64,000 nucleotides of DNA from Elusimicrobiota bacterium (GCA_037137395.1 JBAXKK010000002.1:31881-95880); one strand, 5' to 3'; shown: positions 9,334-18,255, counted from the first letter of the stretch. Numbers and translations are program-made. Notes: generated by a model not told the origin, from the letters alone.

Positions 9334-10613
9334 AATTCATCTGTGAATACGCGTTATCGCGCGGTTCAGGCCCTGTCGAAAGCGGACCCTGCTCCGTAGC
9401 GCTTTCCGAAGAGGTCCTGACGCTTTTACCAAGCGGCGCCCAGCCGCTTATCATTCCCTGGGAAGAAATCACGATGTTCTCGCTTGCGGATTTCAAGGCG
9501 GATCTTGCCCTGAGGCAGACCTCTTTGACAATAAGTTCTCTCGGATACAAATTCGAGGACTTCGCGCGTCACGCCGCCAGACTGCGCAACGAACGACTGC
9601 TGAAACTTAGCTTGGCGGAGGAACCATTAAGAACATCCATGATCGAAGCGGATTTGACATACAAATCTCCCGCCATGGAATTCACCTGCCGCTGCGAATT
9701 GCGCATATATGAAACCTCTCTCGTGGCTCTGCCCGAAACTGCCGACTTCCTTCGCCTCCCTTTCCGTTGTATCACAGAATTGAAAGAAGACGATTTCAGC
9801 GGTGAGCTAACCGGAGAAAGCGGGGAACACTGGTTTTTAAGCGGACTTGGCCGTAATTGTGATCATTTCAGGGATTCCTTACACGCGCAGATGGCGGACC
9901 TGGACCTATTCGCGCAGAAAGCACTGGGAGCAGCACTGCCTGGGGTTTCGCCTCTTGATTTGCGCGCCCTGTCCGCGCTCTCGCGCGAGGGACGCCTGAT
10001 CCCTCTCACGGAGCTGGATAAAATCAGACCCGGGGCCTGGGCCGCCATCGAAAAACGCATATGCTCAAACAAGGCCGACGCCGCTGAATATAATTTCCTT
10101 AAAAAGATTTCTGACACGGAGAAAACGGCCTTTGGCGTAAAAAAAGGCGTTATGGGGAAACTTAGCGGGGACCATTACATATTCCTGTTCTGCGCGAAAA
10201 ATCTGTCACCGGTTGTCATGGTCGAATCTTTTCTGCTGGAACCGAAGAGCGAACACGCCACCGATAAAACGGCCACCTACATCTACCGCCTCCCCAACGG
10301 CGGAAAAGACCCTTGGGCGGACTTCCTTTCATTCTTCAACCGCGCCATGACAGCGGTGAATTTCAGACGCATGCCGGTACTGTTATCCGATGCCCGCCTG
10401 GCCGACCCAAAGAACGCGATTTACGCCGGTGCGTTGGCGCGAGTGCCTGAACTGAAAACCCTGAGGCAGCTATATGTGGGGCGGGCTATACATACCGAAA
10501 CGGAACAGTGGGAAACGACCGTGTACGATCTTCTGCAATTCGCTGTCAAGAATCCGGCCCCGTGCGCCAGATGGAGAGCGAGTGAAGAAGAAGTTAAAGA
10601 GGAGGAACAATGA
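9330..10613 (+). CDS. hypothetical protein with internally duplicated N-terminal domain
   Basis: 427 aa. ATGA overlap with the upstream and downstream genes. Two similar ~75-aa segments (see findings). No family recognised. Confidence 0.5.
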   Translation: MKFICEYALSRGSGPVESGPCSVALSEEVLTLLPSGAQPLIIPWEEITMFSLADFKADLALRQTSLTISSLGYKFEDFARHAARLRNERLLKLSLAEEPLRTSMIEADLTYKSPAMEFTCRCELRIYETSLVALPETADFLRLPFRCITELKEDDFSGELTGESGEHWFLSGLGRNCDHFRDSLHAQMADLDLFAQKALGAALPGVSPLDLRALSALSREGRLIPLTELDKIRPGAWAAIEKRICSNKADAAEYNFLKKISDTEKTAFGVKKGVMGKLSGDHYIFLFCAKNLSPVVMVESFLLEPKSEHATDKTATYIYRLPNGGKDPWADFLSFFNRAMTAVNFRRMPVLLSDARLADPKNAIYAGALARVPELKTLRQLYVGRAIHTETEQWETTVYDLLQFAVKNPAPCARWRASEEEVKEEEQ

Positions 10614-10942
10614 CGGGCTATAAACATCCGTGCCGCTATTGCGGCGAACTTGTCCCGCCGGACGCCAGTATATGTCCGGCCTGCGCCAAAATTAATCCGT
10701 ACGGAGATCTCCGCTGCCACAAATGCCGGGCGCCTGTAAAAGAAACATGGAAGGTTTGCGCCTCCTGCGGACTCAAGCTTGAATTAGAATGTCCAAAATG
10801 CGCGGGGGTTGTTTTTTTCGGGGACTATTGTTCAAAATGCGGAACGCGCCTGACCGTAACCTGCCCGCACGGTTGCGGAGAAGAGCAGCCGCCAGTTTCG
10901 AAAAACTGCCGTAAATGCGGAAAAAAATTAGGAGGAAAATAA
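10610..10942 (+). CDS. multi-zinc-ribbon protein
   Basis: 110 aa with eight CxxC-type cysteine pairs, giving about four zinc ribbons. Confidence 0.6.
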   Translation: MTGYKHPCRYCGELVPPDASICPACAKINPYGDLRCHKCRAPVKETWKVCASCGLKLELECPKCAGVVFFGDYCSKCGTRLTVTCPHGCGEEQPPVSKNCRKCGKKLGGK

Positions 10943-10943
10943 T

Positions 10944-11609
10944 ATGTCTAACACAATAGGCTTCACAAGCAACTTCGCCGACAACAGCACCGAGGCCGGC
11001 TTCCAGTTCACCTTTTACTGCGACACATGCAAGGAAGGTTATAAGACCCGCTTCACCGAGTCCAAAACCTACAAAAAAAAGAAATTTTTTAAAGGGTTGG
11101 GTGATGTCATAAGCGCAGTGGCACAGATGGCGGGGAAATCCAGCATAGGTTACGGAATAGAGCGCGGCACCGACGCCATCAGCGAAAAATTCACCGGCAT
11201 GTCTCCGGAGTGGCACAAGGAACACGAGACCGCTTTCGAACTGGCGCAGAACGAGGGCAAGGGATATTTTAAACGCTGCCCAAAGTGTCATAAATGGGTA
11301 TGCGAAACATGTTGGAACGAGCAGGAAGGTCTTTGCGTGACCGATGCCCCGAGGGCTAATGTAGAAATTGCAGCGGCCAAATCCAAAAAAATGGTAAAAG
11401 ACATAGCGGCGGCCGCGGAAGCAACGCCGGTATTCACAGGAAAGATCGAAAGCAAACAAACCATCTGCCCTAAATGCGACAAACCCGCCGGTGAAGGTAA
11501 ATTCTGCGGCAGTTGCGGGGCCACGCTAGCCATGCCAAAATGCCCTAAATGCGGCGCGCAGAGCCAGCGGGGAGTCAAATTCTGCGGTGAATGCGGCGGT
11601 AAGATATAA
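10944..11609 (+). CDS. zinc-ribbon domain protein
   Basis: 221 aa. CxxC pairs at the N-terminus, in the middle (CPKCHKWVCETC) and three pairs at the C-terminus. Starts 2 nt after the upstream stop. Confidence 0.55.
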   Translation: MSNTIGFTSNFADNSTEAGFQFTFYCDTCKEGYKTRFTESKTYKKKKFFKGLGDVISAVAQMAGKSSIGYGIERGTDAISEKFTGMSPEWHKEHETAFELAQNEGKGYFKRCPKCHKWVCETCWNEQEGLCVTDAPRANVEIAAAKSKKMVKDIAAAAEATPVFTGKIESKQTICPKCDKPAGEGKFCGSCGATLAMPKCPKCGAQSQRGVKFCGECGGKI

Positions 11610-11612
11610 AGA

Positions 11613-11843
11613 TTAACCTGAATCCTGCAGTTGAAGATAGATTTTCCGCCACACAGCTTCGTCGGACCCGCCGGATTGTATTGGCGGGTATTGGGAAATC
11701 CGGGAACAGAATTATTCTGCAGGATTCCCCGCACAGCGGGCTGAAGGCCCAGCGCTATGCGCGCCCGGCCCGAAGAGGTGTATACCTCCCGAATGGGCGC
11801 CCGCTACGCGGGCGGAAAGTTGCAACTGCAACTTTCAGGTTAA
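11613..11843 (+). mobile_element. MITE-like non-coding element, copy A (231 bp)
   Basis: 10-bp terminal inverted repeats ttaacctgaa (11613-11622) and ttcaggttaa (11834-11843). Aligns end to end with the reverse complement of 36732..36917. Confidence 0.75.
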
Positions 11844-11851
11844 TACCGATT

Positions 11852-11888
11852 AAAAAGCCCCGGTTTACCGCCGGGGTCTTTTATTTTT
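11852..11888 (+). terminator. rho-independent terminator
   Basis: Stem gccccgg/ccggggt (11857-11863/11871-11877) followed by cttttattttt. Confidence 0.6.
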
Positions 11889-11913
11889 ATAAAATCCTCA
11901 TACGGTTCAGCAT

Positions 11914-12789
11914 ATGTTTATAAGAAAAAACTTCACGCGCCTAAATATCATTAAAACTCTGGCTGCGCTTACCGCGTCGATCGTCCTGGCGTCCGCCGCG
12001 TATATTTTCTGGCTGCCGGATGTCGCCCCCCTCAAAAAAAAGAACCCCGCCGTCACCGCTTATATGCTGATAAAAGAGCGCCAGGCCGCGGCCGCCGGTA
12101 AAAAATTGGGCCGCAACCTTGTCTGGACGGGCTGGGATGACATCTCGGAAAATTTGAAGCACGCCGTCCTGGTGGCGGAGGACGACACTTTTTACCGGCA
12201 TAAAGGCGTTGAGTGGGAAAGCATGCGCCGCGCGTTAAAGACCGACTGGAAAACAAGGACTCTCGCTAAGGGCGGCAGCACCATAACCCAGCAAGTGGCC
12301 AAGAATCTCTATTTGTCTCCGTCAAAGAATCCGCTGCGCAAAATTAAGGAGATCTTGATCGCCAAGAGGCTTGAACGCGCGCTTGGAAAAAGGCGCATTT
12401 TCGAGATTTACCTTAATATAGCGGAATGGGGAAAGGGAATATACGGGGCGCAGGCCGCTTCACAGGCCTATTTTGGCAAAAACGCTTCGGAGCTCAGCCC
12501 CGAAGAGGCCGCAGCGCTGGCAGCCGTCCTGCCCAGCCCACGCCGCTACAGCCCGACGAAAGGCACGAAATTTATGGAAAGAAGAAAAAACCAGATAGTC
12601 GGCAGGATGCGCGCTTCCGGCTACCTGCCTGATGAAGCTGAAGAAGCGGACCTTGATGAAACCCTGGAAACGATAACCGCGAGCACTGATACCATTACGA
12701 TGCCTCAGGATCCGGCAAACACTGTCCTGAGAAACGATCCATCAGTCATTGACCGCTCAACCGCCGCGACCGAAACATCCCCCCTTTAA
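11914..12789 (+). CDS. mtgA: monofunctional biosynthetic peptidoglycan transglycosylase
   Basis: 291 aa. N-terminal TM helix, GT51 motifs EDDTFYRHKGV, GGSTITQQVAKNL and RKIKE. Low-complexity acidic C-terminal tail. Confidence 0.85.
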   Translation: MFIRKNFTRLNIIKTLAALTASIVLASAAYIFWLPDVAPLKKKNPAVTAYMLIKERQAAAAGKKLGRNLVWTGWDDISENLKHAVLVAEDDTFYRHKGVEWESMRRALKTDWKTRTLAKGGSTITQQVAKNLYLSPSKNPLRKIKEILIAKRLERALGKRRIFEIYLNIAEWGKGIYGAQAASQAYFGKNASELSPEEAAALAAVLPSPRRYSPTKGTKFMERRKNQIVGRMRASGYLPDEAEEADLDETLETITASTDTITMPQDPANTVLRNDPSVIDRSTAATETSPL

Positions 12790-12965
12790 AACACCGCGTA
12801 GAAGAACGGGATTAACACCGGCAGTTCTCCGACAAAAAGCAAGAAAAGTATGACAATTATGGCCATGAATACGGGTATCATGAAGTAGAGCCGCCTGTCC
12901 CTTATCATCCGATAAAATTCCCCGGCCACGCCCATCCTCTTTTCAAAACCCGGAAACAATTTCAT
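12786..12965 (-). CDS. small membrane protein, DUF5989/SxtK-like (59 aa, not in the ORF track)
   Basis: Hand translation: MKLFPGFEKRMGVAGEFYRMIRDRRLYFMIPVFMAIIVILFLLFVGELPVLIPFFYAVF. Its ATG overlaps the carbamoyltransferase TGA (ATGA). Size, basic N-terminus, single TM helix and PFxYxxF end resemble DUF5989. Confidence 0.55.
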   Translation of the reverse strand: MKLFPGFEKRMGVAGEFYRMIRDRRLYFMIPVFMAIIVILFLLFVGELPVLIPFFYAVF

Positions 12966-14656
12966 TGCGCTCTCCTTTTACCTACCAGGAACCGGTTTAT
13001 AACCAGATAGTCCATATCGGTCCGCTGGAATGAGGAGATGGCGTTCTGCGGAGTGCAGACAATCGGTTCTCCTTTTACATTAAAAGACGTGTTGAGCACG
13101 ACCGGCACGCCGGTTATCCGGCCGAATTCTTTTATGAGCGAGTGGAAAGCGGGATTATCCCGTTCAGCCACGGTCTGAAGCCGCGCGCTGCCGTCGACAT
13201 GAGTGACGGCGGGGATTTCCCGTATTTTTTCCGGCTTTACCGCAAATGAAAGCGTCATGAACGGGCTGTCATGACGCAGGTCGAAATACTCGGCCGCGTT
13301 TTCGGCGCAGACTGCCGGCGCGAAAGGTCTGAAAGGCTCGCGGTGTTTTACGCGCGTATTGAGTATATCCTTCATTCCGGGTATGCGAGGGTCCGCCAGG
13401 ATGCTGCGGTTTCCCAGCGCGCGCGGGCCGAACTCCATCCTACCCTGAAACCAGCCCAGTATCTTACCTTCGCTTAAAAGTTTGGCGGCGCGCGAAGAGA
13501 TCTCGCCATCCGCAAGCTTTTCATAATCCACCCGGCTCTGCTTTAAAACCGCTTCCACCTGCTCGTCCGTAAAAGAAGGTCCAAGGAATGCGTTTTCCAT
13601 GCGCCAACGGTTTTTACCGCCGAACAGCTGCGTGTACGCGTAAAGCGCTGCCCCCATCGAACAGCCGTCGTCGCCGGCTGCCGGCTGAATGAATATTTTT
13701 TTGATCGGGGTTTTTTCAAGGATAAGCCCATTCGTGACGCAGTTAAGCCCGCAACCGCCAGCGACGCAAAGCGTGTCCGAACTATACCTGGCGCACAACC
13801 GGCGAACGAGCTTGATCACAATATCCTCAACCGCGGCCTGCAGAGCGGCGGCCAAGTCTTCATGCTCAGGGCGAATCTCAGAGCCGGCTTCCCTGGGAGG
13901 GAAGAAGAGGGCGGAGAATTTGGGGCTGGTCATCACCAAGTCGTAGTGGAAAGCGAAATAATCCATGTTAAGGCGGAAACTACCGTCTTCCCTGACATCG
14001 ATCAGTCTGGCAAATAGCTCTTTAAAGGCCGATGGCCTGCCGTAGGCGGCAAGACCCATCACCTTACCCTCGCCACCATTCACCTTAAAACCCAGATGGG
14101 CTGTAACCGCGCTGTAGAGCAGACCGAGCGAATGCGGAAAGCGCAGATCCTTTTCCAGCTTTATAACTGTCCCTTCCCCGATACCGAAAGCCAGCGTGGA
14201 CCATTCGCCGGTACCATCCATGGTCAATATTATCGCGCGCTCGAAAGGCGAGGGAAGAAAAGCGCTGGCTGCATGGGCGTAATGATGGTCGGTAAAATAC
14301 ACCGGACCTTTGTAGCCGGTTGTTTCGCGAATAGTCTGCGGCACGCAAAGCTTGTAATTGAGCCACATCGGCAAAAAAGCCCTGAAACTTTTATATGAGT
14401 GCGGAAACATCTCGATATGGGTTTTTATGATGCGCTCGAATTTCAGAAACGGCTTTTCATAGAACACCATAGCGTCAAGATCATTAACAGTTGTCCCCCC
14501 CTCCAAAAGACAATAATTGATGGCCCGTACCGGGAAATCTATGGAATGTTTTATGCGGATGAAGCGTTCCTCTTCCGCCGCGGCCAAGACCACGCCGTCG
14601 CGCACAAGGCACGCCGACGAATCGTGGTACATATAGGAAAGCCCCAATAAATTCAT
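12962..14656 (-). CDS. carbamoyltransferase (NodU/CmcH family)
   Basis: 564 aa. N-terminal MNLLGLSYMYHDSSACLV, HHYAHAASAF, and the C-terminal carbamoyltransferase domain (LNTSFN). Confidence 0.9.
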   Translation of the reverse strand: MNLLGLSYMYHDSSACLVRDGVVLAAAEEERFIRIKHSIDFPVRAINYCLLEGGTTVNDLDAMVFYEKPFLKFERIIKTHIEMFPHSYKSFRAFLPMWLNYKLCVPQTIRETTGYKGPVYFTDHHYAHAASAFLPSPFERAIILTMDGTGEWSTLAFGIGEGTVIKLEKDLRFPHSLGLLYSAVTAHLGFKVNGGEGKVMGLAAYGRPSAFKELFARLIDVREDGSFRLNMDYFAFHYDLVMTSPKFSALFFPPREAGSEIRPEHEDLAAALQAAVEDIVIKLVRRLCARYSSDTLCVAGGCGLNCVTNGLILEKTPIKKIFIQPAAGDDGCSMGAALYAYTQLFGGKNRWRMENAFLGPSFTDEQVEAVLKQSRVDYEKLADGEISSRAAKLLSEGKILGWFQGRMEFGPRALGNRSILADPRIPGMKDILNTRVKHREPFRPFAPAVCAENAAEYFDLRHDSPFMTLSFAVKPEKIREIPAVTHVDGSARLQTVAERDNPAFHSLIKEFGRITGVPVVLNTSFNVKGEPIVCTPQNAISSFQRTDMDYLVINRFLVGKRRAQ

Positions 14657-15019
14657 TTAGTATTGTCTCCCGAATCTTTCCCGTGTAGAGTCTTCCGGTT
14701 CCTTCTCGGTAAAAAAAGAGCCTTCGTCCGCCGCGGCCGCGCCGGCTCCCCCCGAAATCCGTACGAACAGGGCAATGGGGCCCACCGCCAGATAGTAGGT
14801 CAGGAAAATAAGGGCTCCCGTAAATCGCCTGCCCAGAAAAGAGATTACGATGCGCGCCGTGGCCAGTATGTGATTATGCACGAAATTCACAAAAAACACG
14901 AAATAGACGCGCGCGCGGGGCGGAAGAAGGATCGCGGCGGCACAGACGATAATTGACGGAACCAAGCCCAGCCTTTTCTTGGGTTTTCCACCTTCGATGG
15001 TTATAAGCGGCTGTTGCAC
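14657..15019 (-). CDS. SxtJ-like small membrane protein
   Basis: 120 aa with 2-3 TM helices and a C-terminal ...RERFGRQY tail. Sits directly upstream of and abutting the carbamoyltransferase. Confidence 0.5.
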   Translation of the reverse strand: MQQPLITIEGGKPKKRLGLVPSIIVCAAAILLPPRARVYFVFFVNFVHNHILATARIVISFLGRRFTGALIFLTYYLAVGPIALFVRISGGAGAAAADEGSFFTEKEPEDSTRERFGRQY

Positions 15020-15021
15020 GG

Positions 15022-15855
15022 TTATTCCTTTAGAAGTTTAGCGACTCTGGTTTTCGCGGTAGGATTTTCAAGCCAGAGACGGGTTTCGCGCTTTATCACT
15101 TCCAATTTTTCGGAAAGATACGCCCGCGCCAGCCGCTCGTATTCGGCAAAAGAGCGCTTTTCAAGCAGGAGACGCATCATCATCGCGAACATTATCTGCT
15201 GACTGCATACCACCTGCATATCTTTGGCTGTCATTTTTATTTTGGGCTGGGGACTGATTCCCAACTCATAAAGCGTCAGTTCGGTGGAAAGCCCTTCTTC
15301 ATATACCGGGTGAAGGAGCGTTATCCCGAAGGCGGCGTAAAGGGCGGAGAGTTCCGGCATGAGTATGCGTGGATTCTGCTCAGCGAATTCCTCAGCGCCC
15401 ACAACCGCGCCGTCCGCGGCGTATTTTATGCCGTTCTGCAGGCAAAAGATAAGGTTGCGCCAGTGAAGCGCCGTTTTACAGTGACCGCAGGAATTCAAGA
15501 TAAGAAGACCATGCTTTTTAAACGCCTGCCAACGACCTCTCCCCTCCACTTCGGCGTAAAATTTTCCCGCAGGGATAAGGCGGTGGAAGAACTCGGACTC
15601 AGGAAACCGTTCCCTCATACGCAAAAAATGCGCGTCTGAAAACCGGCAAGCCATAAAACCGGGGCGCGAAAAAGTGTTCAGGTGGACTTTTTTAAATGTT
15701 CCGGCAAGCGTACAGGCCGCCAGCGAAGAGTCCGCCCCGCCCGAATAAAGCAGCGCGACTTCCTCGCCTGACCCGACAGGGAATCCGGCCAACACCGACG
15801 AGAAATGGACATCGGAGCCCCGTACAGGTTCTGATCCGACAACTTTGGGAGACAT
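15022..15855 (-). CDS. PP-loop (SGGxDS) ATP pyrophosphatase superfamily protein
   Basis: 277 aa. LLYSGGADSSLAA PP-loop and a CGHCK motif. Exact family not recognised. Confidence 0.5.
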   Translation of the reverse strand: MSPKVVGSEPVRGSDVHFSSVLAGFPVGSGEEVALLYSGGADSSLAACTLAGTFKKVHLNTFSRPGFMACRFSDAHFLRMRERFPESEFFHRLIPAGKFYAEVEGRGRWQAFKKHGLLILNSCGHCKTALHWRNLIFCLQNGIKYAADGAVVGAEEFAEQNPRILMPELSALYAAFGITLLHPVYEEGLSTELTLYELGISPQPKIKMTAKDMQVVCSQQIMFAMMMRLLLEKRSFAEYERLARAYLSEKLEVIKRETRLWLENPTAKTRVAKLLKE

Positions 15856-15960
15856 TATCCATATGTTACAATATTAGTTGGGAACGGAAAATTACTTTAA
15901 TCTTACCTTAATCTTCCGCCGCGCGGACAGCCTCGCAAAAAACAGCATACCGGAACGATC

Positions 15961-18255
15961 ATGAAACCGATAAATCACGCCGCAATAAAAACTATATTTT
16001 TTATTTTTACCTGCCTGACTACGGCTTTTCCAGGTTTTACCGGGTTCTGCCTGGGAGGACAATCCTCTTTAAATACGCAACTATGCGAAGATGTGAAGAT
16101 GCCTTTTTTCAGGCCGGGGAAAAAAGAGAATGGTAGTATTATATATGAACCCGCAAGACCAGGCGCGATAGAGAACAATAATTCTTTTATTGTGCCGAAA
16201 CTTCCGGGCATGAAGTATATTTTCCTGATAGGAGAATCCAACGCGGCCAGCCTGGCGCGCGGGGCGGATGGTGACACTGTTTCAAGACTGGCTAAAGCTT
16301 TGGGCCATCCGGCAAAGGCCATAAACTGCGGCATGGCCGCGTATGATTCCGAAAGGACATATGCCGTAATGAAAGAAGTGCTGCGGTATTCTCCGGATGC
16401 GATAGTGGTCATGGTAGGCAACAGCGAGAACTTCACAGCTTGTCCCGGTATCGGACGAAGACTGAAAGAGCGGTTCTATATGGCGATGAACTATCTCGTC
16501 TGGCATCTTTCTAGCGCGGAGGTCAGAAAAAAGTTCCTTCTGGACACTCAGGCCCATTTCTTCAGGAAAATGGCGCGTCTGGCCGCCAAAAATAAAATTC
16601 CGCTTGTTTTCTGCGCCCTTCCGGCGAATCTGGCGGATTTTCCACCCAGAGGTATCCTGCCCCTAAAGAGCCCCGTTTTCGCCAGGGGTTGGGAATCCTC
16701 CGCAGAAGGCGACTACACTGCGGCAAAGCATTCCTTCGCGAAATATGTTTCACAATGGCCGAAAGACGCCATGGGTCTGTATCATCTCGGCCAGACCCTC
16801 CTGAAACTGGGAGAAACGCCGGCCGCTCTTTTCGCCCTTAAAGCGGCGGCCGATAACGATATTCAGGACAGCCGCTGCCCCGGAGCGCGTAACGAAATGA
16901 TCCGCAGGACCGCGCGCGAAACAAAAACTTTACTAGCTGATATCGAGAACCGTTTTTACAGCGCCTCGCCGACCGGTATCCCCGGAGGTGACATGTTTGA
17001 TGACAGGACGCACTGGTCTCATGACTACGATATGCTTGCGGCTTGCACCATAATGGCTCCCCTGGCGGCAGCGGAGGGCCCGTTTTCTTTTCCGGGCGGC
17101 TCCATCTGGGAAACGCCGCTATGCAAATTTGCCGCAAGCCCAAGAGCGTCGCCGCTCTCTTCAGAAGAAAAGAAACACAAAAAAACCATTCTCGCTAAGT
17201 ATCTGGCATTCAACATGAACGTCCTAAGCAATTTTAATAAATCCGAATGGCTGATAACGGAAGAAATTGTCGTTTTCATGCGGAGGATATACACCCTTGA
17301 CCGGGGATATCTGCTGAAGATATCCGGCTCTCCTGAGGCGCTGGCAGCCGCGACCTACACTGCCGGTGTCAAATGGCAGAATATACCGCTAAAAAACATA
17401 AAGCGCTTCTGGCCACATTATCTCGCCCATCTGGGGGAAGCACTGCGCCGCGAAGGAGAACCCGAGCTTTCCATACTATATTTTAACAGGGCCCTCGGAT
17501 CGGAACCGCAGTGCCGCGACGCTTATTTCTATCGTGGCCTGGCCTATTTAAAAGCAGGCGATATACAAAAATCCGTCTCCGATTTCGACCGTTCGCCCAT
17601 GCCACATTCCCGCGTTTCAAACATCGCGGATATTCATGGTTTCTCGGAAAAACTAAAAACCACAGCAACCATTTACCCTCCTGGTTTTGTCCAAAAAGAA
17701 CTCCGGGGCCCGAAACGAGACGGCCTAGGGAAGATGTATTATGTTTACGGCGGCACCAGAGCCCTGTCAGGAACCGACGGTTTATACCCTAAAGATCACG
17801 GGTACATCCTTTTAGGATCCACTAGCACCGAATCCACGATGTTATTCTCGGGAGCCTACTCTTATTATGTTATCGCAGTCTACGATAACGCTATGGTCAA
17901 AGTGGATGCCCTGCAACTCTCTGACGGTACGTATTATATCGGGGGGTTCAGCACCTCAAACGTGACCAACTGGGACAACGCGAACGGCGCGCCGGACGGC
18001 AGATTCGCCATTGTAGGAAGAAGCGGAAGGTTTCTAAACCGCGGCAGCCTGGGATACCTGCTCGCGAGCCCCGGACCTGGATCGACCAGCATCAAAATTT
18101 ATGTGACTGGCAGAAAACAGGTTAACCGATTTTTAAAATTTTTACATATTACTTCAGCAGTTCTGCCAGGGCAAGTCCGTATTTTTTGGCCGGGACCGGC
18201 CCGCTGGCGGTCACAAGTTTCCCATCCACTTCCAGATCTGTGCCGGTATACCTAG
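15961..18255 (+). CDS. secreted SGNH-like / TPR-repeat protein with unknown C-terminal domain
   Basis: 764 aa. Signal peptide, GESNA...VGNSE SGNH-like blocks, TPR-like segments (AMGLYHLGQTLLKLGE, YFYRGLAYLKAGD). The last ~36 codons are antisense to the DJ-1 gene, so the 3' end is doubtful. Confidence 0.5.
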   Translation: MKPINHAAIKTIFFIFTCLTTAFPGFTGFCLGGQSSLNTQLCEDVKMPFFRPGKKENGSIIYEPARPGAIENNNSFIVPKLPGMKYIFLIGESNAASLARGADGDTVSRLAKALGHPAKAINCGMAAYDSERTYAVMKEVLRYSPDAIVVMVGNSENFTACPGIGRRLKERFYMAMNYLVWHLSSAEVRKKFLLDTQAHFFRKMARLAAKNKIPLVFCALPANLADFPPRGILPLKSPVFARGWESSAEGDYTAAKHSFAKYVSQWPKDAMGLYHLGQTLLKLGETPAALFALKAAADNDIQDSRCPGARNEMIRRTARETKTLLADIENRFYSASPTGIPGGDMFDDRTHWSHDYDMLAACTIMAPLAAAEGPFSFPGGSIWETPLCKFAASPRASPLSSEEKKHKKTILAKYLAFNMNVLSNFNKSEWLITEEIVVFMRRIYTLDRGYLLKISGSPEALAAATYTAGVKWQNIPLKNIKRFWPHYLAHLGEALRREGEPELSILYFNRALGSEPQCRDAYFYRGLAYLKAGDIQKSVSDFDRSPMPHSRVSNIADIHGFSEKLKTTATIYPPGFVQKELRGPKRDGLGKMYYVYGGTRALSGTDGLYPKDHGYILLGSTSTESTMLFSGAYSYYVIAVYDNAMVKVDALQLSDGTYYIGGFSTSNVTNWDNANGAPDGRFAIVGRSGRFLNRGSLGYLLASPGPGSTSIKIYVTGRKQVNRFLKFLHITSAVLPGQVRIFWPGPARWRSQVSHPLPDLCRYT

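Noticed and set aside
10773-11459. 228-aa minus-strand ORF opposite the zinc-ribbon gene.
   Set aside because: It is antisense to an ORF with regular CxxC architecture and operon coupling. It has low-complexity composition, no RBS and no motif.
11681-11923. 80-aa ORF downstream of the zinc-ribbon operon.
   Set aside because: It runs through the MITE-like element and the terminator hairpin, so the sequence is repeat DNA rather than a gene.
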